Shown: positions 26,309-38,548, numbered from the stretch's first letter. The stretch: 64,000 nucleotides of DNA from Octopus sinensis (GCF_006345805.1 NC_043017.1:434001-498000); one strand, 5' to 3'. Made by a program: numbers and translations. Notes: generated by a model not told the origin, from the letters alone.

Positions 26309-26951
26309 GTGCAGAGTTGTATGTTTTATGTGTGTATTCTCATGCATATAGTTACATATATAGACATACTCATATATATTTAAATGATAAACTTCTGGAA
26401 AGTTTTACAGATTTTTACAGTTCCAATGATTAGTCGTTGAATTAGTTTTTTCCTTCCTGGTTTTGAGAAGCCTAATTTCTCAAGATTGGTATTTAGGCAG
26501 TGTGATACATATTCAGGGCCCCAATAATTACAGGTATAAACCTGAACTTGTAATCTGGATAGAGTAACCGCAGATTTCTCAATAGTTCACCATGGATGTT
26601 CTCTTTTTCACTGATCTTCAGCTTTATGTTAACATTCGTTGGGCAGCTAATTTACACAACTGTGCACAGTTTCTCTTCTCTATTCCAAATCATTATATCA
26701 GGTCTGTTGTGCTTACATTCAATCGAGATCTTCACTTGTCCACTCCACCAGAACCCTTGATTTTTATCATGAGTGGCTATGGTTCCTACCATACTGTGGG
26801 CTCTTATTTCTTTGTCCTCGGGGTCGCCTTCCGTCGCATTTCATTATACATTGCCCAAGCTACAGCATCATGTCTCATCGTTAGATAAAACTGTAAAAAC
26901 ATTTTCGAACAGCTGCTTATGATGTGGGTGATATCTTCGGTGTGAACTCCG
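26309..26951 (-). mobile_element. 5'-truncated R4/Dong-like RLE retroelement, copy B (tandem duplicate of A)
   Basis: Identical to copy A at offset 896 except two single-base indels. Confidence 0.85.
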
Positions 26952-27181
26952 TATGTATGTATGTATGTATGTATGTATGTATGTATGTATGTATGTATGT
27001 ATGTATGTATGTCTATGTATGTATGTGTGTGTATGTATGTATGTATGTATGTATGTATGTATGTATGTATGTATGTATGTATGTATGTATGTGTGTGGGT
27101 GTATGTATGTATGTATGTATGTATGTATGTATGTATGTATGTATGTATGTATGTATGTATGTATTTCTATGTATGTATGTA

Positions 27182-27414
27182 CCGTGTTTCCTGAAAATAA
27201 GACAGAGATTACAGTTCTATATTTAAGAGATAAGGAATTATTGTACATTATTTACATTATTTATATTATTTATATTATTTATATTTGGCGGATATTTGTC
27301 CTCAGCTTATTTGTTGTTAACACAACTTCTCGGCTTGTATACCCTCCAGGCTTCATCAGGTGTCTTGGGGGAAATTTCGAAACTGGGTTTTCATTCCTAA
27401 GGTATTTTTCGATG

Positions 27415-27473
<59 letters not shown>

Positions 27474-27499
27474 GTTGATGTTATTCAGGTCACTGCTCG

Positions 27500-27549
<50 letters not shown>

Positions 27550-29586
27550 TTGAAAAATACTCAGGTTCGAAATTTTCGCAAGACACCTGATGAAAGCTGG
27601 AGGGTATATCAGCCGAAACGTTGTTAACAACAACAAAAAAAAAAAAAGATGAAGACAAATATTTGTCAAATGTAAATAATGTAAGACAGAGTTTATATTA
27701 ATTTTCCCTCCGAAATGACGTAATGGTGTAATTTTTTTTCATATACCGAAAAACGACATTACGAAACAGAAAATTACTAAGTAAACAGTAATTATGAAAA
27801 TCTATCTCCGTTTACTTGATGATTTAGATATTGTTTTACTCAGAAACTAGTTAACAATAATTTATTCAAAACCATTCACATTATCGTCCTCTGGAATGGC
27901 ATTGTTCTGCAAATGGCCGGATTCCAAAATTCCTGCGGAGTTTTCGTGTGATTCCATTTCCTGCAGAACTTTCGTCCTCAATTTCTCATGTGGAGAAATA
28001 GAGATTTCATTGAATGAGAAGTTCTTGTCCAGGTAGTCTGCTCGTGGTGCATTGGCAACACAGCTGTCTGTGATTTTGTTCCATGAATTCGTCAGCCAAG
28101 TCACGATCTCTTGAAGGCTGGCTTTCACAAAATTTCCACGTTGATTTCTCACCATTCTGTTTTCAATGAAGTCATTGATTTCCATGAGCAAATGGTCCTT
28201 GAATGGTTTATTTATTGCAATATCAAGAGTCTGGAGATGGGCTGTCATTCCTGCAAGAATCATGATTTGATCTATTCTTCATTCTGCAAAGACGTTCTTC
28301 ATGTCTTTTGCGCGGTGAGTGCTGCCAGACCTCTTTTACCTCCTCGCAAAATAAGTGGCAACATGAAATCAACACACTTCCTTAAAACTGCCTGTGTGCA
28401 CCGTGCTTTTTCAGTTTCCAGAACACAGATGTCTGAAACACGTTCAATTTTATCATTCCTGCTTTTAGTGATGATTCGAGGTGGGGCTTTACTTCCATCG
28501 AGACGAATTGTAAAAATACATGTAACTCGTGCACCTTCGTAACCATTGGAAGGAATGCACATTGACGACGCACACCTTTAATCAATTGTCGATGGAGATC
28601 TTTGGCCCATGAACACTTCAGTTTCATCCATAGCGCAATCATGTTGCAGAGACGGTATTTAGAAAAGTCTATCCTATTGATAAATGACTTATATGCAAGT
28701 ACACGTTTAATAACCTCGGTATCTTCCCGTTTGAACATTGTTGTCGGCCTTCTCAGAGAAAGTTGATGAAACTGCAGGAAACCTTCCAGCCAGTGTTGTA
28801 ATGCTTTGAATTCTTCTGGAAACTGTGACGCATTTGCAACGGCAAATGCTTGAATATCGGTCCTGCGAACAACCTAAGCCTTTGCTCTCCTGTCAGCAAC
28901 CCATTCACAGATGACGTCTTCCAGCTCAGAAAATACTGGTCACCGACTTGATCCACACTTGCGCTTTTTTGCATTTCCCTCATCCACTTGTTGGCTGAGT
29001 TTAATCGTAGTCTACTCGCCATTTTCGAACCAATTCGGAGATCCAATCTCTTTTTTTTGTCTTGCAGAAAATAGTAAGATTCTTGCCCAGTGATTCTTCC
29101 ACGATACCTTTCTTGTACTCGATGGAATAGATCTTTCTTCTTGCGCTCATGTTGTCTTCGGGTGACAAATGATTTTCCATTGAATTTCATGTTTTCTGGG
29201 AGATTTTGCCTTGAAAGAAAACATGTACTTTATTGTTTTTTGCATCTACTGACCAGTACTGACCACTGATGAAAATGTTAGATGGCACATTTGAAAGCCC
29301 CGAATATGCACTGTCGATTGATGTATAGCTTGTTAATATTTGAGTTACGAAAGAGTCAGCAAGATAGATTTTGCGACGTCGTTATTTTTAGCCGCCAAAA
29401 AGATCATTTGAACAGTGTATACACGGCAACAAAGCGGTTTGAATCAATATGAAGGGCTGCTTATTTCTTTCGTCTGTCTGCCGCTCTCAACCAGGGCTTA
29501 TTTTAAGGGAAGAGCTTCTATGAAAATCCTGAAAACTCATGCTAGATCTTATTTTCTGGTTAGGTTTTATTTTCGGAAAAACACGG
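27182..29586 (-). mobile_element. pogo/Tigger-like DNA transposon, near full length, frameshifted transposase (GAS2 intron)
   Basis: TIRs CCGTGTTTCCTGAAAATA / TATTTTCGGAAAAACACGG with TA target duplication. Minus-strand ORF fragments 29190-27862 with CENP-B-like HTH and DDE_1 motifs (AGMTAHLQTLDIAINKPFKD). Confidence 0.9.
27244..27683. repeat. Imperfect fold-back with hammerhead-like cores, inserted in the pogo element
   Basis: Left arm ...ATACCCTCCAGGCTTCATCAGGTGTCTTG... mirrors right arm ...CAAGACACCTGATGAAAGCTGGAGGGTAT...; (TTA)n and (TAA)n tracts face each other around the centre. Confidence 0.85.
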
Positions 29587-29751
29587 TATGTAATGTATGT
29601 ATTTATGTATGTAATGTATGTATACCTGTGATGCTGATTGCCTCATGTCAGATGACAGCCGCTTCACAGCCTGATTGTTCTGATTTACTTTCACCCTTGC
29701 ATGTACATGGATATGATTTTTACACACACACACACCCACACCCACACCCAC

Positions 29752-29877
<126 letters not shown>

Positions 29878-30147
29878 CACGTATAGATTTATGATGTGTG
29901 TATATATTACTTCATTGTATGAATGTATATATAAATTATGCATATCTGTGTGTGTGTGTGTATAATGAACAATAAAAGGATAACACAGGAGAAACAAAAT
30001 TTGGTAAATAAGGCATTAGCTTAGCATTTTAAAAGAAAGGGAATGCATGTTAACGTTTCGGGTGTTAATCCGTCATCAGAAAAAGAAAGAGAGAAGCAAA
30101 AAGGAAATGAGAAAGAGACGTCTGTTTAATCCTTCTTTGTCTTTCAG

Positions 30148-30269
30148 ACCTTACAATAACGACCGAAACCTTTATGGAGGCCCTCGACAATGGTGCTGCC
30201 CTCTGCCGGCTGGCACACCTTATCCAATTAAAGGCTGAAGCCGCATACAAAGAAGGGAAGTACACAGAG
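30148..30269 (+). CDS. GAS2: GAS2-family gene, coding exon 2 (CH domain)
   Basis: Acceptor ctttgtctttcAG; phase 1 joins to give D-LTITTETFMEALDNGAALCRLAHLIQLKAEAAYKEGKYTE (FMExLDNGxxLCxLA CH motif). Donor GAG|GTAAGA, phase 0. Not in the ORF track. Confidence 0.93.
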
Positions 30270-30644
30270 GTAAGATGACAGATGTATTCACTCAATCGGA
30301 CAAAATGCTTTGTTGGCATTTCTTCTGGCTCCAGGTGGAAATACTGTTCCAGTGACGTGTTTAACAAGAATGAAGAATGTGGAAGGTCTGTATATGCAAG
30401 TGTAAGAGTGAATCCGTGTCTGGAAACGGACTTGAACGGGGAGTGGTATATGTGTGTGTAATCGTTAGGTGGATGGTGTGAAAAAGTGCATTTGAAGAAT
30501 TCAAACACTAACCAAGATCAACCTCACCTTTCAGCCTTTTGGGATCAATTAAGTGATATGCCAGTCAAGTACTGCAGTCGATAAAATCGACTAATCCCTC
30601 TCCCTCAAAAATTGCTGGCCTTGTTCCAAAATTAGAAATCACTT

Positions 30645-31190
30645 ATCGAGGAAGAGAGCAGTGCATGCATTCAAAGTGACACTGAGGTGCAAATATACGA
30701 AGCCCAAAATACCCATCATGACAACCCGTCTGATAATTATCACCAAGCACATGCATCACAACCATATGTGCGCGATATGGTGATCTGATATCAAGACAAC
30801 AGCACATGACCTTGCAGGTGGGGCCCAGTGACAATTTTCTTCGGGTCAAGTAGCCTATCCCGCTCAAAAGGTCTCTGAATAAGGTTTGTTTAAGGATGTT
30901 TTAATGAAACACCCATGTTTTCAGAGATGAATTATTCAAACCCCAAAGAATTCCTCTTAAGACATTGCTATGATGTTTTCCCACTACGTCTGCCCATAAT
31001 CAGAGATGCACATATTGTCAACCACTAAGGGACATGTTCAACTGGTTAAGGTCAAACAACTGACAAGCAAATCGGTGGTATTGAGCAGAATATTTGCTGT
31101 AGTCCATCTTTTATACCAAAACAAAACATATACATGATAATACTTCCAATTAGTTCAGAAGCCATGAGAACCACTGCTTGGTACTGCATC
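30645..31190. mobile_element. Second copy of the ~550-bp interspersed repeat
   Basis: Block-by-block similarity to 56909-57462. Confidence 0.8.
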
Positions 31191-31695
31191 GAACTCATCT
31201 GAAAGGGCTAAGCTCTCATCAATTTCTTCAAGTTTCACATTTTGCGATTGCCAGCAGCTCTTTCATCTCATTGTATTGCTTTTATATTCTTTATCGGTTA
31301 TTGGATTGTTTCAACTACTTTATAAATGCGCCTACAAAGCTTTTTCGTGCCATTAGTGGCACACCTCCCCATTAACTGTTTGCCGAGTAGGAAGCCAGGG
31401 AGTCCTATAGGCCTTACCCCGAGGTGACTCAGAGTAAAAACTGAATACAAGAATATTCTTTCTCCCTTTTCCTTCTCTCCCTTCTCCTTCTCCCTCTCTT
31501 CCTCTTACACAGTAATCATCAGTCTCTCTTTATGTCAATCTGTTTATCTTACTATTCTTCTGATCTCTCTCCCTCTTTCTCTCTCTCCCCCTCTCTCTGA
31601 CTCTCCGTCTCTCTCTTTCTATCTCACCCCCTCTCTCTCTCTCTATCTGTCTGTCTGTCTGTGTGTCTGTCTGTCTGTGTGTCTGTCTGTCTGTG

Positions 31696-31778
<83 letters not shown>

Positions 31779-31910
31779 CATGTGTCTGTATCTGTCTCTC
31801 GGTCTATCCCTCCACCTCACCTTCTTTCTCCTATCCCTATATATTTACACAAGCTTCCAGAAGCACCTCCCTAATCACAGTACTCTTCCAACTGTCCTTC
31901 TTCATTGCAG

Positions 31911-32052
31911 CCCATACCAAGACTAAAGTTCCGCTACAGAGAAAACGCCAAATCTGGGACCTGGTTCGCCAGAGACAATGCTGCCACCTTTCTCCGTTGG
32001 TGCCGTGATTTTGGTATTAACGAAGGCTGCATGTTTGAATCGGAGGATCTCG
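31911..32052 (+). CDS. GAS2: GAS2-family gene, coding exon 3 (CH domain)
   Basis: Acceptor ttcattgcAG; PIPRLKFRYRENAKSGTWFARDNAATFLRWCRDFGINEGCMFESEDL (GAS2 FARDNxAxFLxWCR...FESE motif). Donor G|GTAAAT, phase 1. Confidence 0.95.
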
Positions 32053-32789
32053 GTAAATCCATTTTTTGTTGTTGTTATTGTTGTTGCTGTTGTAGTAGTA
32101 GTTGTAGTCGGTGGTGGTAATGGTAGTGGCGGTGGTAGTGCCGGTGGTGGTGGGGTTGTTTGGACCTCTACAGCACTGGCTGAGTAACCCTATAATCAAA
32201 AGTGTTCCCTAAACTCAGCTTAGCCAAAGCCTTGTGGATGAAACTTGGTCGACGGAAACTGTTGGGAAGTTTCTCTGATGGTCTGAGCTGTTGTTGTTCT
32301 TGGTTTGGTGGTGGGAGTAATTCATTACCCCTGATTGAGTCTACTTATGACCAACGACGCTCCAGTCATGACTATCTCGCCAAGTTTTTCTAGAATTAGT
32401 CTACCGACAGCTAAGTAATTTTATGTCCTTCAATTGTTTTAAGACAATACATTACTATTTGATGGAGACTTCACAGTTATTTTTTGCAGGTTTTTTGACC
32501 TTGTAGAATATCAATATTGGTATTGTTTTGGTGATGGTCATGGTGTTGTTGTTGTTGCTGTTGGTGCTGGTGGTGCTGCTGTTATTGTGTATGTGTATGA
32601 GTGTGCTTAAGTGAGTATTTGTTGTGTGGTATGTGTGTATGTATGTTCAGTGTGTGTATGTGTGAGTGTGTGTTTGTATGTGTGTGCGTATGCACTTTTT
32701 ATGCGTCAGTTTGTGTTAATTTGCGTGAGTGCGTATGTCTATGTATGTCTATGGATGGATGGATGGATGGATGGATGGATGGATGGTTG

Positions 32790-32941
32790 TCATTAATTCA
32801 GATTTATTTCAAGATTTCTTGCCAATAGAGGAAGAACCGGTTTCTAACCTAGATACAAGGTTTCTTCATTGGAATTTCAACATCAACATTTTTTTGAATG
32901 TATGTATGTATGTATGTATGTATGTATGTATGTATGTATGT

Positions 32942-32980
<39 letters not shown>

Positions 32981-33200
32981 CGTGCTTGCGTGCGTGTGTG
33001 TGTGTATGTATGTATGTATGTATGTATGTATGTATGTATGTGTCTGCAGATTTGTATGTTTTATGCACGTATTCTTATGCATATAGCTACATATTTAGAC
33101 ATGCTCATTTATATACTTAAATGATAAATTTCTGGAAAGTTTTACAGATTTTTACAATTCCAGTGATAGATTGGACCTGTAGCCTTCGAATTAGCTTTCT
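32790..33200 (-). mobile_element. 3' end of the same R4/Dong-like element
   Basis: Same ORF end (KLIRRLQVQSITGIVKICKTFQKFII), the 3' UTR, an internal (ATAC)n and the terminal module GTTGATGTTGAAATTCCAATGAAG...AATCTTGAAATA. Confidence 0.8.
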
Positions 33201-33346
33201 GTTTGTATGTATGTATGTATGTATGTATGTATGTATGTATGTATGTATGTATGTATGTTGTATGTATGTATGTGTGCCTGTGTGTGTGTGTGTACCAGTG
33301 TTTGTGTATCAATGTGTGTGAGTGTGTGTATGTGAAAGTCGGTGCG

Positions 33347-33377
<31 letters not shown>

Positions 33378-33732
33378 GTTTGTGTGCGAGTACTTAAGTG
33401 TATTACAATACAACATACTCGTTATGTGTGTATATTTACGTATGTACATATGTGGGTGTGTATTATATGTATGTCTTTGTATGTGTGCGGCAGTGTATGT
33501 GTATACGTGTGTATGTGTGCATATATCAATGTGTGTGGATGTACACGTGTGTATGTCAGTATGCATGTGTGTGCCATTTTGTGTTTGCGCGTGCGCGCAT
33601 GTGTAAGCATGTATCTGTCTGTCTGTCTGTCTGTCCGTTTGTCTGTCGCAGGGAGACATGAGATGATAAGGCTTGATTGAACGGAACAATCTAGCTAAAA
33701 TGATGGCCAGTGACTTAATGAGGCTAATGAGC

Positions 33733-33777
<45 letters not shown>

Positions 33778-33899
33778 CATTATAACTAGGATAATTAATA
33801 AAACTAACCTAATTAACTATATTCAACTTCGATCAATTCTCGCCATCTTAAATTCTAAGAACTTCCAGATTTTTTCAATTTATAATTTTTAAATCTCAT

Positions 33900-33934
<35 letters not shown>

Positions 33935-34629
33935 TCTTGTTAATCATTTTATTTTCTAGGCTTTTAAAAATTTAGTTCCTCCCCAACTCTGTGGAAGAAT
34001 CAGTACGCGGTCGCTTGATCTGCTAAAAATAGCAGCCAAAATTACATTCTTCTTCAAAGCAAATGCGCCTATCTACTATCTTTTACTTGCTTCAGTCATT
34101 AGACTGCGGTCATGCTGGGGCACCACCTTGAAGAGTTTATTCGAATGATTCGACCCTAGTTTTTATTATTTGTTCAAATTTTGGTATTTATTCTATCAGT
34201 CACTTTTGCCGAACAGCTCCGCTATGTTACGGGGACGTAAACAAACCAGATCGGTTGTCAACCAGTTGTGGGTAACAAGCATTACACAAACAGAAAGACA
34301 TCCTTCGCAACACATACAAACACACACACACATGATGGGCTTCTCCACAGTTTCCAGCTACCAAATTCACTCACAAGGCATTGGTCGTCTCAGGGCTGTT
34401 AGGGAAGACACTTACTCAAGGTGCTGCGCAGCGGGATTGAACCCGAAACGACATAGCTGTAAACCGAGTTTCTTCACCGCAATTTATTTCTGCAGCTGAG
34501 TGAACTGGAACAACGTGAAATGAAGTGTCTTGCTCAAGAACACAACACGCAGCCCGGTCCGGGATTCGAGCTCACTACCTCATGATTGTGTAACCCGACA
34601 CACGTACATACAACCACAAAGCCATACAT

Positions 34630-34684
<55 letters not shown>

Positions 34685-35845
34685 TGTGTGAAGGCGCATG
34701 GTTCAGTGGTTAGAGTGTCGAGCTTACGATCGTGAGGTTGTGAGTCCAAATCCCGGACCGGGCTGCGTGTTGTACTCTTGAGCAAGACACTTTATTTCAC
34801 GTTGCTCCAGTTCACTCAGCTGTAGAAATGAGTTGCGACATCACTGGTGCCCAGCTGTATCGGCCCCTTTGCCTCTCCCTTGGATAATATTGGTGCGGTG
34901 GAGAGGGGAGGCCTGTATGCATGGGCGACTGCTGGTCTTCCATAAAAACAACCCTGTTCTGCATTCGTCGATGAGGCGACTTTCCGCCCACGCTTTTCCC
35001 CCCGGAGGGGATTTTCTTAGGTGCACCCATTTTATGACCGACTGAGTCATAAAATACTGACAATCAAAGAGTACCTGGACTTGCAAAAAGAAAAATAAGC
35101 GCTAGAGTAATCTTGGTTGACTAAATTCTTCCTTCAAGGAGGTGCCCCTTCATGGCCGCATCCACTGACTGAAGCAACTAGAATAAATCAAAAGAACGAA
35201 AGACATCTTTGTTCAGGTAAATCACCAGATCAACGATCCTGGATAAACAGCACCGTCTTTATTAGACGCATCTCTTTAAGGCGGTGAGCTGGCAGAAGCG
35301 TTAGCAACCCGAGTGAAATGTTTAGCGCCATTTCGTCTGTCGTTATGTTCTGAGTTCGAATTCCGCCGAGGTCGATTTTGCTTTTCATCCTTTCGAGGTC
35401 GATGAAATAAGTATCAGTTGAGAACTTGGTCGATGTAATCTACTCACCTCTTTTCCCGAAACTTGTGGCCTTTTGCCAAAATTTGAAATCATAATTAAAG
35501 TGATTCCTCGGCGGCGAGCTGGCAGAGTTGTTAGAGAACCGGGTCAAAATGCTTTGCTACATTTCGTCCATCTTTACGTTCTAAGTTCAAATTCCACCGA
35601 GGTCGACTTTGCCTTTTATTCTTTCGGCATCGATAAAATAGCTGAGCACTAGAGTGAATCTAAGCGATTTAGCCCCATTCCACGAAATTTCTGGCCTTGT
35701 GTCAAAATTTGAAACCAATAAATGTTTATCCTGTATGTGTATGTAGAATAATTATCTAAATTGAAAAGTACTGTCTATTTTATGAACGAGATAATTATCT
35801 ATATATAATATTATTTATATCTCTGTTTATATCTTTTTCATGCAG

Positions 35846-36813
35846 TGTGCCACAGACAAGAAAAACCAGTGGTTGTGTGTTTACTGGAACTGGCAAGAAT
35901 TGGCTACAAGTTTGGGTTGGAATCACCAAGTATTATCAAAATCGAAAAAGAAATTGAGCGAGAAGAGAGCGAATTGGCGTCTCAGATAAACGAAGAGGAG
36001 ATTCAGAATCTCAGTGATCTGGCGAACCTTTCGTTACCCATGGAATCCGTGGCAACGCAGGTGAGCAGGACAGCTTCATTGGATACAAATGTCGAAGAGG
36101 CAAGTCAGAACGAGGCGAGTCAGATCGAAGCCTCCGAGAACGAAGCGAGCAGTCGTAAAGCGACCGCTGATGGGGAAGAAGCAGACGACGAAGGAGAAGG
36201 GGAAGCTGAAGGGGATGGGGATGGGGATGCTGAAGGGGACGGGGAAGCGGACGAAGTAGACGAAGAGGGTGGAAGAAAAAGTGGTTCTTTGGAGAAAACG
36301 GAAGTGGAAGCGCAAGAAGCGTCACGTGATAATGACGAAGAGAACGAAGAAGAACAAAAGAACAGTGTGAATGGCGAGGAGACAGGTGAGGCGGAGGAGG
36401 CGAAGGAAGATGAAGTGAAGGAGAACGGCGAGAAGGAAGAGGATGGAGATGAAGGGGAGGAGGGCGAGATCGAGAGTAAAGGTTCAATGATGCTGAACGG
36501 AGAGGACGATTTCACGCAGTCGAACGAAGGTATCGTCTCGCAAGGAGGGGGTGATGAAGATGATGAGCAGGACACGAACGCAAGCCGCGGTAGCGGGAGT
36601 ACGTCGATGGGCGAGGACGGAAGTAACTTGAAATTGAACTCAAATACACTGGAAGACATCAACGAGAACGATGCCGAACCCGACAGCGTTGAAAGCAAAA
36701 CAGCGATCAGCCCTTTGCGGAACAACGATATCGGGACCCAGTTTCACAAGAAAACCCTCAACACTCCTCAAGCTCGTGTCGACAGCCTGAAAGCCAGACA
36801 ACTCGACAAAAAG
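35846..36813 (+). CDS. GAS2: GAS2-family gene, coding exon 4 (end of CH domain, long acidic linker, start of GAR)
   Basis: Acceptor tttttcatgcAG; phase 1 gives V-CHRQEKPVVVCLLELARIGYKFGLESPSIIKIEKEIEREE (GAS2 VxxCLLELxRI...PxxIKxEKEIE motif). Open 968 nt to ...QLDKK|GTAATG, phase 0. Confidence 0.93.
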
Positions 36814-37706
36814 GTAATGTTGTTTTCTGTTGTTGCTCTTCTTCTTCTTTTGCTTTTGCTTTCGCACTAAAAAGTCTTAAGCTTCCGTCCTCAATGACGA
36901 GACACTGGTTCAAATGACGCACTTGGCATAAAACATTGTGGGCCAACGAGAAACCCGGTGCATGTATGTAATGCATATCCCCGGAAGGCTTATTCTACGC
37001 TGTATCCCTCGCAAATAATAATAATAAAAAAAGTTTCCCTCCAAAATGTAAACAGTTCAGCGGGTTTAGCGGCAAAAAAGGGGTCACATGTTTGAAGCGC
37101 AGTTGACAGATTAATACTACGAGACCGGAAAGTTGTAGACAGGCAATACAATGGCGGGATCAAAACCTTACTTGGAAATAGAGAAAGCAATGAGCAAAGA
37201 GTTCAATGCTAGGCGCAACATGCCACGTGTGGTAACGGGTTTCGTACGATAACGGGCCCCATATGGTAACGGGGCCCTGTGTGGTTACGGGCCATGACGA
37301 ATGAAATGTTGCTATTAGAACTTGAATGCTGCATCCATTGGCCTAATTCACAAGTAAGCTTGCAGTGCATTCACAAACACATTAAAGAAATAAAGCAAAT
37401 TTAATCAATCAATCACTAATTTCTAACTATTCCTTCAGTCATTATTCACAAGAATCTTTCAGTTCTCCACTCACATGGTCACTCACTTATTAGTTGTTTT
37501 ACACACACACACATACACACATATACATACATGTACCTATGTGTATATATATATATGATACATATATAAATATATGCATATATGTGTGTACGTGTGTGTG
37601 TGTATATATATACATACATACATACATGCATGCATATATATATATATATACACATATATATAATATATATATATATATATATACACATATATATATATTT
37701 ATATAT

Positions 37707-37753
<47 letters not shown>

Positions 37754-37903
37754 ATATATATACATGGATCTGTTCAAGACGGCTAGCGCTGGTGTTGCTG
37801 TGGTATTATGGAATCCATTTTTGCATCACAAATAAGTATAGCATGCACGCGCGCGCACGTACACACACCGCCTGCAGCTTTCTACTTAATTTGCCTTTCA
37901 GCT

Positions 37904-37934
<31 letters not shown>

Positions 37935-38247
37935 CACTTAGATATTAGTCGATAGATCATTCAATACTTAGGCTGAGAGAACCACATTCATTTTATTTTC
38001 AGGAGGAAAAGTTTGACAGTGACTTCAAAGTTCCAGTGCAGTTGATCTCTTCGTCTGGTGAAGGTATCGAAACCGCAACTTCGCAGTCATTGTCAACGCT
38101 TTTTTGTTTCTCGTAAACTATATATATATATATATATATAAAATTTAAAATAGGATAGATTTTTTATAAGAATTTATCAAGTAGTCAGCATGAAAAACCT
38201 CATAAGGGAGAAATTATAATTATTCCCATTAAATATATTTATTTATA

Positions 38248-38544
38248 TTAAGTGCATTACTACACATAAATACCTCGCGCTACGAGGGACTTTTAAAGTC
38301 AGAACTACCATAATAAATACAGTGTACCGAACGCGAGGGAATGCAACTGTAGAAGCGAGCTCCTTAAAAACAGATTCAGCCGCATATCATATGATTTAAT
38401 AATTAGTGCACAAAATGCACTTTTTAATCGTCAGTGCAGGCATAATCAAGACATAAAAATGTATATATTATTAATGTATCCATTATGGTAGTTGTGATTT
38501 TAACAGTCCCTCGCAGCGTGAAGCATTTATGTGTAGTAATGCCC

Positions 38545-38548
<4 letters not shown>
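38248..38548. mobile_element. MITE with ~65-bp TIRs, TA-flanked
   Basis: GCATTACTACACATAAATACCTCGCGCTACGAGGGACT...AACTACCATAAT (from 38254) is matched by its reverse complement ending at 38542, with about 7 mismatches in 61 nt. Confidence 0.85.

Noticed and set aside
26953-27627. 224-aa ORF
   Set aside because: Runs through (TATG)n, the pogo TIR and (TTA)n/(TAA)n; a chimeric artefact.
32053-32120. Cys-rich read-through of exon 3 (CCCYCCCCC)
   Set aside because: Generated by a (GTT)n microsatellite right after a good donor; no independent support.
36120-36725. 201-aa Ser-rich antisense ORF
   Set aside because: Shadow of the acidic GAS2 exon 4 (GAA/GAT codons lack antisense stops).
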